In this document: positions 40,601 to 49,163 of the stretch, in pieces
Layout: every line of letters begins with the position of its first letter
Numbering within the stretch: position 1 is the first letter of the stretch
Source of the DNA: Myxococcota bacterium
GTDB taxonomy: Bacteria; Myxococcota_A; UBA9160; SMWR01
Length of the DNA: 64,000 bases
Assembly: GCA_035541475.1 (NCBI GenBank)
Contig: DATKND010000172.1
Span: 5,040 to 69,039 of the forward strand
Direction of reading: 5' to 3'
Program-made: the position numbers and the translations under genes
The notes under the pieces: model-generated
What the model was told of the DNA's origin: nothing
What the model saw: the letters and a program-made list of their open reading frames with translations, nothing else
Database searches by the model: none

Positions 40601-41506
40601 ATGGATGATCCCCAGAACGGGCCCGATGCCCCGGCGATCGGCCCCGTCGTCGCGGTCTCGTCGAACAAGGGCGGCGTCGGCAAGACCACGCTCGCCACGA
40701 ACCTCGCGGTGTATGCGCGCGCGCTGCGCGAGGACCTGCCGGTGCTCGTCGTCGGACTCGACGACCAGCGCACGATCGATCGCATGTTCGGCCTGCGCGC
40801 GCCGCAGCCGGGCGAGGCGAATCTCAAGCACGCGTGGGCGGAGCGCAGCCTCGCGGGCGCGATCCAGCTCGGCGAGTACGGCGTCCACTTCGTGCCGTCG
40901 CCGAGCGACGTCGCCCTGCTGAAGGCGCGCGCCGAGGATCCGCGCGCGCTCGCGCGCATCCTGCGCGCGTCGGAGTGGCCGGGGCTCCTGATCCTCGACA
41001 CGAAGAGCGACCTCGAGGCGCTGACGCAGAACGCCTGGCACGCGGCGGATCGCATCCTGGTGCCCGTGGCGGACCGCGCGTCGCTCGAAGAGGCCGGCAA
41101 GATCTTTCGCGGGCTCGAGCGCGCCGGCCTCGACGCGTCGCGCGCGCGCGTGGTCTTCACGCTCGTCGACCGGCGCACGCGCGACGAGGGCGGCGGCGGC
41201 GCGCTCTTCGAGCGGCTGGTCGCGGAGGTGCACCGGCGCGGCTGGCCGCGCTGCGAGACGACCCTCTCGCGCAGCCCGCGCGTCGAGTCGCTCAACTCGG
41301 GCAGCGAGAAGCCGCGCTCGATCCTGCACCACGCGCGCGGGACCGCGATCCACGCCGAGATGGGCGCGCTCTGCCGCGAGCTGCTGCGCGACCTCGCGCC
41401 CACGCTCTCGGGTCGGCGGGCCGCGCCCGGCGACGGGGAGCACTGGGGCGCGCGCATCGGCACCGTGACCCCGCTGCAGCGCACCAGCTGGTGGCGGCGT
41501 TCATGA
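40601..41506 (+). CDS. orphan ParA/MinD-like P-loop ATPase
   Basis: Within ORF 40478..41506, with ATG at 40601. Deviant Walker A VSSNKGGVGKTTLATNLA and Walker B-like LLILDT. Only 37 nt from the divergent kdsB start. Confidence 0.8.
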   Translation: MDDPQNGPDAPAIGPVVAVSSNKGGVGKTTLATNLAVYARALREDLPVLVVGLDDQRTIDRMFGLRAPQPGEANLKHAWAERSLAGAIQLGEYGVHFVPSPSDVALLKARAEDPRALARILRASEWPGLLILDTKSDLEALTQNAWHAADRILVPVADRASLEEAGKIFRGLERAGLDASRARVVFTLVDRRTRDEGGGGALFERLVAEVHRRGWPRCETTLSRSPRVESLNSGSEKPRSILHHARGTAIHAEMGALCRELLRDLAPTLSGRRAAPGDGEHWGARIGTVTPLQRTSWWRRS

Positions 41507-41516
41507 ACACGGAGGA

Positions 41517-42749
41517 GTGATGAGCACGTTCGCGATCTCCGTCGGGGGCGGCCCGGCGCCCGGCATCAACGGCGTGATCGGCGCGGCGGCCACCCTGGCC
41601 TGTCGCCGCGGACACCGCGTGCTCGGCATCCTCGACGGCTTCTCGCACATCATGAAGGGCGACACCAGCCAGGTGCTGGAGCTCGACGAGGCGCGCGTCG
41701 CACGCATCCACCTCGAGGGCGGCTCGATCCTGCGCACCTCGCGCGCGAACCCGACGAAGAAGCCCGAGGACCTCGCCGCCGTGGTGAAGTCGCTCGGCTC
41801 GCTCGGTGTCGAGTACCTGATCACGATCGGCGGCGACGACACCGCATCCTCCGCCAACCGAATCGCCGGCGAGGTGCAGGGCCGCATCAAGGTCGCGCAC
41901 GTGCCGAAGACGATCGACAACGATCTCCCGCTGCCGAAGGGCATCCCGACCTTCGGCTTCGAGACCGCGCGCGAGCTCGGCAGCGCCGTGGTCGAACGCC
42001 TGCTCGTCGATTGCCAGACCACGAACCGCTGGTTCTTCGTCGTGATGATGGGGCGCTCGGCCGGCCATCTCGCGCTCGGCACGGGCAAGTCGGCCGGCGC
42101 GCCGGTGATGGTGATCCCCGAGGAGTTCCACAAGCGGCCGATCGAGCTCGAGGACGTCGTGCGCGTGATCGAGGGCGCGATCGTGAAGCGGCTGGCGAAC
42201 GGGCGTCCCGACGGCGTGGCGGTGATCGCCGAGGGCATCGCCGAGTACATGGACGAGAACGACCCGCTGCTGCGCGACACCCCGCGCGACGAGCACGGTC
42301 ACATCCGGCTCGCAGAGGTGCCGATCGGGCGCGTGCTGCGCCAGGCGGTGTCGGCGTCGCTCGAGAAGCGCGGGATCAAGGTCGCGACCGGCGACAAGGA
42401 CGTCGGCTACGAGCTGCGCTGCGGGTACCCGACCGCCTTCGACCGCGACTACACGCGCGACCTCGGCGTCGGCGCGGTGGACGCGCTGCTCTCGGGCCGC
42501 TCGGCCGTGCTGATCACGCGCCAGGAGGGCCGCATCGTGCCGATCCCCTTCGCCGAGATCATCGATCCGAAGACCAACAAGTCGCGCGTGCGCGGCGTCG
42601 ACGTCGAGTCGGACTCCTACCGGAACGCGCTCGCCCTCCAGGAGCGGATCCGCAGCGAGGACCTGGCCGATCCGGCGACTCTCGCCGGCCTGGCGCGCGC
42701 CGCGAAGCTCTCTCCGGAAGAGACGAAGGCGCGCTACACACCGAGGTGA
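41517..42749 (+). CDS. pfp: 6-phosphofructokinase, probably pyrophosphate-dependent
   Basis: 410 aa. GGGPAPGINGVI, GGDDT (rather than GGDGS), PKTIDNDL, MGRSAGHLAL. GGAGGAG lies upstream. Confidence 0.85.
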   Translation: MMSTFAISVGGGPAPGINGVIGAAATLACRRGHRVLGILDGFSHIMKGDTSQVLELDEARVARIHLEGGSILRTSRANPTKKPEDLAAVVKSLGSLGVEYLITIGGDDTASSANRIAGEVQGRIKVAHVPKTIDNDLPLPKGIPTFGFETARELGSAVVERLLVDCQTTNRWFFVVMMGRSAGHLALGTGKSAGAPVMVIPEEFHKRPIELEDVVRVIEGAIVKRLANGRPDGVAVIAEGIAEYMDENDPLLRDTPRDEHGHIRLAEVPIGRVLRQAVSASLEKRGIKVATGDKDVGYELRCGYPTAFDRDYTRDLGVGAVDALLSGRSAVLITRQEGRIVPIPFAEIIDPKTNKSRVRGVDVESDSYRNALALQERIRSEDLADPATLAGLARAAKLSPEETKARYTPR

Positions 42750-42762
42750 GGAGGGCGCGCCG

Positions 42763-44007
42763 GTGGAGGCTGCGGGCGGGCGCGAAGAGCGCGAGAAGAG
42801 CCTCGAGCGGCGGATCCGCGCCTTCCACTGGGTGAGGCTGCTCTCCGAGCTGCCGGCGCGCTGCGCGGGCGGGGAGGGCGAGCGAGAGGCCGCGACGCGC
42901 GTCGAGGCCTGGATGCGCGAGATCGGTTTTGCCGAGGTCGCCCCTGGACTCGTCGCCTCGCGACCGGAGCGCGGCGGCGTGGTGGCGCTCCACGCCGGGC
43001 TCGCCGCGCTCGCTTGCGCGATCGGCGGCTACTCGGGCTTCGCCGTGGCGGCGCTCTCGGCGCTCTCGCTCCGGCGCGAGCGCACACGCGCCGCGCCGCT
43101 CCTCTCGCGTTGGCTGCCAGCGCCCGACGCCACGCAGGTCCGCGCGCGCGCCGGATCGACGCGACCGCGGCGGCGCATCGTGCTCTCGGCGCCGCTCGAC
43201 GCGCCGCGCGCGGGACTCCTCTTCGCGTCGCCGTGGCGGCGGCGCTGGCTCGGACCGGCGGCCGCTTCACGGGTCACGGCGCCGGCCGGTCTCGACGCCT
43301 GGCTGCTGCGCCTGCTCGCGGCGGCCGCGGTCGTCACCGCGGCTTCCGCAGTCGGCGGAGGCTCGACCGCGCTCTGGCTCGCTCGAGTCGTCGTCGCGCT
43401 GCTCGCCGCCGGGGTCGCGCTCGCGGGTCTCGAGTGGGCGCGCGCGCCCGCGTGTCCGGGCGCGTGCTCGAGCGCGTCCGGCGTCGCGGCGATGCTGACG
43501 TGCGCCGAGCAGCTGCTCGCGCAGCTCCGCGACGACGAGGAGCTCTGGCTGGTCGCGACGGGTGCGCAGGAGACGGGCGCCGGCGGCCTCGCCGACTCCC
43601 TCGACACGCGGGCCGGGCCGGCCGCGCGCGACACGCTCGTCGTCCACTTCGAGCGGCTCGGCAGCGACGCGCTCGCGCGCGTCGCGGCGGAGGTCGGGCT
43701 CGAGCGCTGCGTCCACCCGCCGCGCCTCGCCGAGCTCGCGCGCCGGCTCGCGGAGAGCGGCGCCTTCGGCGAGATCGGCGCGGTCGACTGGATCGGCGCG
43801 ACCGGCGTCGCGGCGCTCGCCGCGCGCGGCCTGCCGGTGCTCGCGCTGGTGTCGACCGACCCCGACGGCCTGCCGCGCAACGACCATCGGCCGATCGATC
43901 CGCCCGAGAACGTCGACATCGCGTGCGTCGTGCGCGCGGCCGACTTCGCCGCGGCGGTGGTCGAGGCGTCGCGCCGCGGCGAAGGCGACGCGCTCGCCAT
44001 CATTTAA
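42763..44007 (+). CDS. hypothetical membrane protein, degenerate M28-peptidase-like
   Basis: 414-aa ORF with a GTG start. Weak M28-like layout (ATRVEAWMREIGF, LWLVATGAQETGAGG, C-terminal NDHRPIDPPENVD) with hydrophobic segments inserted. The competing antisense ORF is Ser/Arg-rich. Confidence 0.45.
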   Translation: MEAAGGREEREKSLERRIRAFHWVRLLSELPARCAGGEGEREAATRVEAWMREIGFAEVAPGLVASRPERGGVVALHAGLAALACAIGGYSGFAVAALSALSLRRERTRAAPLLSRWLPAPDATQVRARAGSTRPRRRIVLSAPLDAPRAGLLFASPWRRRWLGPAAASRVTAPAGLDAWLLRLLAAAAVVTAASAVGGGSTALWLARVVVALLAAGVALAGLEWARAPACPGACSSASGVAAMLTCAEQLLAQLRDDEELWLVATGAQETGAGGLADSLDTRAGPAARDTLVVHFERLGSDALARVAAEVGLERCVHPPRLAELARRLAESGAFGEIGAVDWIGATGVAALAARGLPVLALVSTDPDGLPRNDHRPIDPPENVDIACVVRAADFAAAVVEASRRGEGDALAII

Positions 44008-44594
44008 AGCCGAATCCTCGGCGTGCGCTGGCGTCGCGACGAGATCACGTGGATCAGCCAGCCGATCAGCATGCCCGTCCCGAGGATCCCGGCGCCGACG
44101 ATGCGCTCCGGCCACGCCGCGCCGGCCTTCAGCTCGAGGTTCTCGCGCGTCAGCGCCTCGATCTCCTTGCGCTGCGAGGCGTCGCGCTGGCCGAACGACT
44201 GGTTCTCCTCGCCGAGCTTCGCGGTCTGCGCCTCGAGCGCGTTGACGCGCCCCGAGAGCTCCGACGCCTTGCCCTGCGCATCGGCGAGCAGCGCGCTGGC
44301 CGGCGGCTCGTTCTGGAGAAAGCCCTCCGGCACCCAGCCCTCGCGATCGCCCGAGCGGATGCGGGTCCAGCCCTCGCCGTTCTCGAGCACGTCGACCTTG
44401 TCGCCGGTGTGGAGCTCGTCGAGGATCCGGTACTCGTTGCTCGGACCGGTCCGCACGTTGAGGCGCACCTCGCCCTTCACCCACGCGGAGGCGGCGTGCG
44501 CCGACTCCGCCGTCAGCCCCGCGAGCCCGATCGCCAGCGCGCACACGAGTGCGCGGGCGGGACCCGCGAAATCTCCCGCTTGCATCGAGGTCAT
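44004..44594 (-). CDS. SH3-domain protein (YgiM/TIGR04211-like: SH3, coiled coil, C-terminal TM)
   Basis: 196 aa. Signal peptide, SH3b segment VRLNVRTGPSNEYRILDELHTGDKVDVLENGEGWTRIR, coiled coil, and a C-terminal TM IVGAGILGTGMLIGWLI. Confidence 0.75.
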   Translation of the reverse strand: MTSMQAGDFAGPARALVCALAIGLAGLTAESAHAASAWVKGEVRLNVRTGPSNEYRILDELHTGDKVDVLENGEGWTRIRSGDREGWVPEGFLQNEPPASALLADAQGKASELSGRVNALEAQTAKLGEENQSFGQRDASQRKEIEALTRENLELKAGAAWPERIVGAGILGTGMLIGWLIHVISSRRQRTPRIRL

Positions 44595-44605
44595 CTCGTC
44601 TCCCC

Positions 44606-44634
44606 GCTCGACGCCGCCCGTTCCGGCGTCGAGC
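44606..44634 (-). terminator. 10-bp hairpin downstream of tRNA-Asn
   Basis: GCTCGACGCC, 9-nt loop, GGCGTCGAGC. No clear U-tract. Confidence 0.3.
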
Positions 44635-44669
44635 CAAGTCTGTCGGGGGGACGGATCGACTCTGCGCGG

Positions 44670-44745
44670 TGGCTCCCCGGGTAGGACTCGAACCTACGAC
44701 CCGGCGGTTAACAGCCGCCTGCTCTGCCAGCTGAGCTACCGGGGA
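44670..44745 (-). tRNA. tRNA-Asn (anticodon GTT), CCA encoded
   Basis: Reverse complement reads TCCCCGGTAGCTCAGCTGGCAGAGCAGGCGGCTGTTAACCGCCGGGTCGTAGGTTCGAGTCCTACCCGGGGAGCCA. Cloverleaf with 7-bp acceptor stem, GTTCGAG T-loop and anticodon loop CTGTTAA. Confidence 0.95.
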
Positions 44746-44787
44746 AGAAAAACCGAGGGCGGGATTCTACGAGGCTCGTCCCGAAAA

Positions 44788-46104
44788 TCAACGAATCTCG
44801 CCGTCTTCCGGGACGTGGACCTCGAGCGGCTCGGAGGGCGGCGCCTCGCTGCCGTCGGAGCGGATCAGCACGACGATGTAGTGATACGAGCGCCCCGGCA
44901 CGACCTCCGCGTCGACGAAGCGGCCGTCGCTGGTGCGGCCGATCTCGCGCGCTCCGAGCCAGTTCGTGCGCGAGACGCGCGCCTGCGGAAACTCCTCGGC
45001 ATGCGGAGTCCAGTGCAGCGCGACCTCGTGCGGGCTCGACGAGGCCTCGAGGTCGTAGTCGAGGCTCTGCACGCGGATCGGCTCCGACGCCCGGCTCTCG
45101 AGCCCGTCGCGATCGATCGCCACCACCGCGTAGCGCGCGTTCTCCCCGGCGTTGACGGTGCGGTCCTCGGCTCGAGTGACGTCGGCCGTCACGGACGCGA
45201 TGAGCGTCGGCCGTCCGTTCTTGTGCAGCCGGAGCAGCCGATAGCTCGCGATGTCGGCCTCGATGTTCGGATCCCAGGCGAGCACGTTGCGGCCGAGCGA
45301 CGACTCGGCCACGTGGAGTCCGATCGGCGGCAGCGGCTCCGGCTTCGTCACGGCGCGCACGGGATCGCCGGGCGGACCGCTCGCGCCCGACGGCGTCGTG
45401 GTCGAGACGCGGTAGTAGAGCACGCGCAGATTGCCGAGCCCGCGGTCGACGTAGGAGGTCGAGAGGCGGCCGGGGATGCTCGCCACCACCTCGTAGGGTC
45501 CGTCCTCGGCGGGGCTTCGCTCGACCACGTAGCCCGCGGCGGTCTCGCTGTGCGACGGGTGCCAGGCGAGCGGGATCTCGCGCGGCTGCCGGCTGAAGGC
45601 GCGCAGCGCGGGCGGAGGATCCGGCAGCGGCGCTGTGCTGCCCGCGACGACCATCGAGGTCTCCCCCGCGAGATGGCCGTCGCTCGCGAAGGGCCGCAGC
45701 CGATACCAGGCGGTGACGCCGTCGGCGAGCTTCTTCGCGCCGCCGTCGTCGACGTAGACGGATTGCCCGCGCCCCCACAAGGTCGCGATCGGCTCGAAGC
45801 GACCGTCTTGCGCCGCGGCGCGCTCGACCACGTAGCCCGCGACCGCGCTCCGCAGCACCGGCTCCCACTGCAGCGCGATCACGCGGTAGCCGTCGTCGCC
45901 CGCGCGCACGTGCTCGGGCAGCGGCAGATCGGCGGGCGGCGAGGCGACCAGCGGCGTCGCCTCCGGAGGCAGCGCCGTCGGCGCCCGCAGGCTCGGCCAG
46001 TGCAGCCGCCAGCTCGCGCAGCCGGCCTGCGTCGCGCCGGCCGCCAGCGCCAGGACGATCGCGAGCGAGCGGCGCAGCGCCCGCTTCGTTCGCGCGCGCG
46101 TCAC
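44788..46104 (-). CDS. lipoprotein with four fibronectin-type-III-like modules
   Basis: Within ORF 44788..47169. GTG 46104 overlaps the upstream stop (GTGA). Lipobox ALAAGATQAGC. Repeated modules are LQWEPV...AGYVVERA, LAWHPS...AGYVVERS, LAWDPN...ASYRLLRL and LHWTPH. Confidence 0.7.
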   Translation of the reverse strand: MTRARTKRALRRSLAIVLALAAGATQAGCASWRLHWPSLRAPTALPPEATPLVASPPADLPLPEHVRAGDDGYRVIALQWEPVLRSAVAGYVVERAAAQDGRFEPIATLWGRGQSVYVDDGGAKKLADGVTAWYRLRPFASDGHLAGETSMVVAGSTAPLPDPPPALRAFSRQPREIPLAWHPSHSETAAGYVVERSPAEDGPYEVVASIPGRLSTSYVDRGLGNLRVLYYRVSTTTPSGASGPPGDPVRAVTKPEPLPPIGLHVAESSLGRNVLAWDPNIEADIASYRLLRLHKNGRPTLIASVTADVTRAEDRTVNAGENARYAVVAIDRDGLESRASEPIRVQSLDYDLEASSSPHEVALHWTPHAEEFPQARVSRTNWLGAREIGRTSDGRFVDAEVVPGRSYHYIVVLIRSDGSEAPPSEPLEVHVPEDGEIR

Positions 46105-47006
46105 GGTGCGCTCACGTCGGGTAGCTCGCGCAGCGCCTCGAGTCGCTGGAGCTCGCGCTCCGCATGCTCGATGTAGGCGCGCACGCGCTCGTTCTGGGGA
46201 TCGATGCGCCGGGCCTGACGCCACAGCACGAGCGCCGTCTCGAGCCGCTCCTCGGCGAACGCGGTGCGGCCCGCCTCGATCAGCTGCTCGACCTCCTCTT
46301 CGTTCGGGCCGCGCGCGTGCACCCGATCCTTGCGCGACTGGAGCGCCAGGCCCGCGTCGAGCTGTCGCTCCTCGATGTCGAGCTCGGTGTCGAAGGGATC
46401 GAGCGCGCGCAGCTCGAGCAGCGACGCGCGCGCCGCCTGGAGATCGCCGAGCGCGAGCTGGCGGCGGTACTCCTCGCCGAGCTCCGCCTTGCGGCGGACG
46501 CGCTCCTGCACGAGCTCGGCCTGCAGCTGGCGCTCCTCGATCTCGAACTCCGGCTCGAAGGGATCGAGCGTGCGCAGGCGCACGAGGGCGACCTGCGCTC
46601 CCTGGAGGTCGCCCGCGGCGCGCAGCCCGCGGTACTCCGCCGTCAGCTCGGCCTTGCGCGCTGCGAACTCGCGCGCGAGCTGCTGCACGTGCGCCCAGCC
46701 CGTCGCGTCCTCCGGCTCGAGCGCGAGCGCGAGCCGATGATCGAGCAGCGCCTCGGCCAGGCGTCCCTCGCGTTCGCGCTGCGCCGCGCTCTCCTCGTAG
46801 CCTCGAGCGCGACCGACGAACTCGGCCTCGACCTGCGAGATCCGCTGCGCGACCTCGACGCCTTCGGTGTCGTCCTCGGGCACCGCGCGCCAGACCTCGA
46901 GCGCGCCGCGCGCGTCGCCCTGCCGGTAGAGCGCCTCGCCCTGCTCGAGCGGCGTCGCGCAGCCTCCGAGGGCGAGGAGCGCGAGCGCCGCCGCGCGCCG
47001 ATTCAT
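46101..47006 (-). CDS. lipoprotein with TPR-like helical repeats
   Basis: 301 aa. Lipobox ALLALGGC. Helical repeats include a 55-residue tandem duplication. The ATG overlaps the cyclase stop (ATGA, 47003-47006). Confidence 0.7.
   Translation of the reverse strand: MNRRAAALALLALGGCATPLEQGEALYRQGDARGALEVWRAVPEDDTEGVEVAQRISQVEAEFVGRARGYEESAAQREREGRLAEALLDHRLALALEPEDATGWAHVQQLAREFAARKAELTAEYRGLRAAGDLQGAQVALVRLRTLDPFEPEFEIEERQLQAELVQERVRRKAELGEEYRRQLALGDLQAARASLLELRALDPFDTELDIEERQLDAGLALQSRKDRVHARGPNEEEVEQLIEAGRTAFAEERLETALVLWRQARRIDPQNERVRAYIEHAERELQRLEALRELPDVSAP
46359..46688 (-). repeat. in-frame tandem duplication, period 165 nt (55 codons), inside the lipoprotein gene
   Basis: Units start at 46359 and 46524 (plus coordinates). 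Encoded units are KAELGEEYRRQLALGDLQAARASLLELRALDPFDTELDIEERQL and KAELTAEYRGLRAAGDLQGAQVALVRLRTLDPFEPEFEIEERQL, identical at 29 of 48 positions by my count. Confidence 0.8.
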
Positions 47007-48418
47007 GCGGCCGGATGCACCTCTCCGTCGGACGCGGCCCTGCGGTCGCGCTCGACGGAGTAGACGTGCACAGGCTCCTCTCGTCCAGAGAGCTGGCGCT
47101 CGCCCTCGAAGCGCAGGCGCAGCGCGCCGCGAACGCGCCGCTGCACCGCCTCCGAGACGAGGATCTCACCCGGCTGCGCGAGCTTCTCCAGCCGGTGAGC
47201 GACGTTCACCGCGTCGCCGACGGCCGTGAAGTCCGTGCGCCGATCCGAGCCGATGTTGCCGACGATCACCGTGCCCGCGTGGATGCCGATGCCCATCGCG
47301 ACTCCGGTGCCCGCGTGGCCGCTCGCGTCGACGTGGTTGTTGCGGCGCTCGATCGCGCGCTGGATCTCGACGGCGCAGGTCACGGCGCGCAGCGCGTGGT
47401 CGGGCTGCGACACGGGCGCGCCGAAGTACGCCATCACGGAGTCGCCGATGAACTTGTCGATCGTGCCGCCGCGCTCGAGGATCACGTCGGAGGCGAGCTG
47501 GAAGACCTCATTCAGCAGGCCGACGACACCGTGCGCGGGCAGGCCCTCCGACAAGCGCGTGAAGCTGCGAATGTCGGCGAACAGGATCGTCACCTCGCGC
47601 TCCGTGCCCGCCTGCTTCTCGTCTTCGTCGCCGTTCGCGAGGAGCTGGTTCAACACGTAGTCGTCGACGTAGCGGCCGAAGGCGCGCTGGATGCGCTGCT
47701 TCTGCTCGAGCGAGTCGCCCATCTCGTTGAACGCCCGCGTCAGCTCCCCGACCTCGTCTCGCGACGTCGGCGGCACGCGCGCGGTCACGTCGCCCGCGGC
47801 GAGCCGCTCGACGCCGTGGCGGAGCCGCCGCAGCGGACCGACGAGCAGCGCGACGAAGCCGACGCCCGCGAGCACGCCGAGCGCCACGATCAGGACGGCG
47901 GCGCCTAACAACTGGCGCGTGTTGCTCCGCACCACGGGATCGACCAGCACCTTCAGGTCGAAGTCCACCTGCGCCTCGCCGACGCGCACGCCGCTGTAGC
48001 GGATCGGCGCCGCGACCCGTAGCTGTTCGGTGTCGCGCGTCACCCACACGGGATCCGGATCCGAGGCGTCGGCGCGCGCGAGCAGCGGTCGGGTCTTGCC
48101 GCGCTCCGCGGGATCGAGCGACGCGACGATCTCGCCCGTGCGCCCGAGCAGGCGCACGGCCACGACGCCCTCGGCCGCGCCGACCTCGCGGATCAGCTGC
48201 TCGAGCGAGAGCTCGTGTTCGAAGTTGCCCTCGTGCGCCTCGAGGATCGGCGTCTTGGCGGCTCCGGCCAGGCTCGCGGCGAGCGCGCGACCGCGCTTCT
48301 CGACCTCGTCCTCGAGCGCGCTGCGCTCGTGCCGCGTCGCGATCCAGGTGAGCCCGACACACGCCGCGACTAGCAGCGAGACGACGAGCGCGCTGAACTT
48401 GACCTGGAGCGAGCGCAC
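47003..48418 (-). CDS. membrane class III adenylate/guanylate cyclase with periplasmic sensor domain and HAMP
   Basis: 471 aa. TM1, about 150-aa periplasmic segment, TM2, HAMP (LRRLRHGVERLAAGD...DEVGELTRAFNEM), then cyclase core ILFADIRSFT, GDSVMAYFG, GIHAGTVIVGNIGS. Confidence 0.9.
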   Translation of the reverse strand: MRSLQVKFSALVVSLLVAACVGLTWIATRHERSALEDEVEKRGRALAASLAGAAKTPILEAHEGNFEHELSLEQLIREVGAAEGVVAVRLLGRTGEIVASLDPAERGKTRPLLARADASDPDPVWVTRDTEQLRVAAPIRYSGVRVGEAQVDFDLKVLVDPVVRSNTRQLLGAAVLIVALGVLAGVGFVALLVGPLRRLRHGVERLAAGDVTARVPPTSRDEVGELTRAFNEMGDSLEQKQRIQRAFGRYVDDYVLNQLLANGDEDEKQAGTEREVTILFADIRSFTRLSEGLPAHGVVGLLNEVFQLASDVILERGGTIDKFIGDSVMAYFGAPVSQPDHALRAVTCAVEIQRAIERRNNHVDASGHAGTGVAMGIGIHAGTVIVGNIGSDRRTDFTAVGDAVNVAHRLEKLAQPGEILVSEAVQRRVRGALRLRFEGERQLSGREEPVHVYSVERDRRAASDGEVHPAA

Positions 48419-48498
48419 TGGGTGGGGGTTCCTCTCCGATCCGAGACGGGATCGGGAGGCAGAACGCCACCTTCCGAGCCCGGCCTAGCGTATCGGTG

Positions 48499-48538
48499 GG
48501 GTCGCGCCGTGGCTAGACAAGAAGTCAGGGCGCGACCC
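48499..48538 (-). terminator. 10-bp hairpin starting 8 nt downstream of the greA stop
   Basis: GGGTCGCGCC, 20-nt loop, GGCGCGACCC. No U-tract. Confidence 0.3.
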
Positions 48539-48545
48539 GGATCTC

Positions 48546-49022
48546 CTACTCGATATGGATCGCGAGGACCTCGAATTCGCGCGTCCCCTTGGGAACCCGC
48601 ACGACCACCGTGTCGTCCACCGTACGCCCGAGCAGCGCACGCGCGATCGGCGAGGTGACCGAGATGCGGCCGCTCGCGACGTCGGACTCGTGCTCGCCGA
48701 CGATGGTGTATCGGACCTCCTCGTCGCTCTCGGTGTCGAGCAGCAGGACGGTCACGCCGAAGCGGACCGTGTGCGGCTGCGACCCCGAGGGGTCGATCAC
48801 CTGTGCGCGCGCCAGCTGGTCCTCGAGCTGGCGGACGCGCGTCTCGATGTGGCTCTGTCGCTCCTTCGCGGCGTGGAACTCGGCGTTCTCCGAGATGTCG
48901 CCGTGTGCGCGGGCAGCCTCGATCTCGCGCACGATCTTCGGCCGCTCGACGGACTTCAAGTGCTTCAGATCGGCCTCGAGCTTCGCGTAGCCGGCGCGCG
49001 TCATCGGAATGCGTTCTGCCAT
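48546..49022 (-). CDS. greA: transcription elongation factor GreA
   Basis: Within ORF 48546..49079, with ATG at 49022. MAERIPMTRAGYAKLEADLKHLK...AAKERQ..., C-terminal SPIARALLGR. Confidence 0.95.
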   Translation of the reverse strand: MAERIPMTRAGYAKLEADLKHLKSVERPKIVREIEAARAHGDISENAEFHAAKERQSHIETRVRQLEDQLARAQVIDPSGSQPHTVRFGVTVLLLDTESDEEVRYTIVGEHESDVASGRISVTSPIARALLGRTVDDTVVVRVPKGTREFEVLAIHIE

Positions 49023-49095
49023 GGGCAGTCTCCGGATCGACTCGCTGCGGTCCCGAACCGCAGAGCCGCGCCAGCACATCGTTACACTGCGGCGC

Positions 49096-49133
49096 GAATG
49101 AAAACCCGACGTCCCCGCGAGGAGGGACGTCGG
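49096..49133 (-). promoter_or_regulatory. terminator-like hairpin plus GUUUUC in the greA 5' leader
   Basis: Minus strand. CCGACGTCCC, 8-nt loop, GGGACGTCGG (49133-49106), followed by GTTTTCATTC. About 75 nt upstream of the greA ATG. Confidence 0.3.
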
Positions 49134-49163
49134 TTCCGCCCCAGCCTATCGACCAGGGTCGGC

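Noticed and set aside
37571-41443. 1290-aa minus-strand ORF spanning wecB, the cyclase-family gene, kdsB and the ParA-like gene
   Set aside because: It crosses four independently supported genes on both strands. Composition is Arg/Ala/Pro-dominated.
44595-44787. Genomic-island or integration signatures next to tRNA-Asn (and next to tRNA-Pro at 51411..51487)
   Set aside because: No integrase, no direct repeat of the tRNA 3' end, and no compositional break that I could see in the flanks. Flanking genes look native, with the same GC-rich codon usage.
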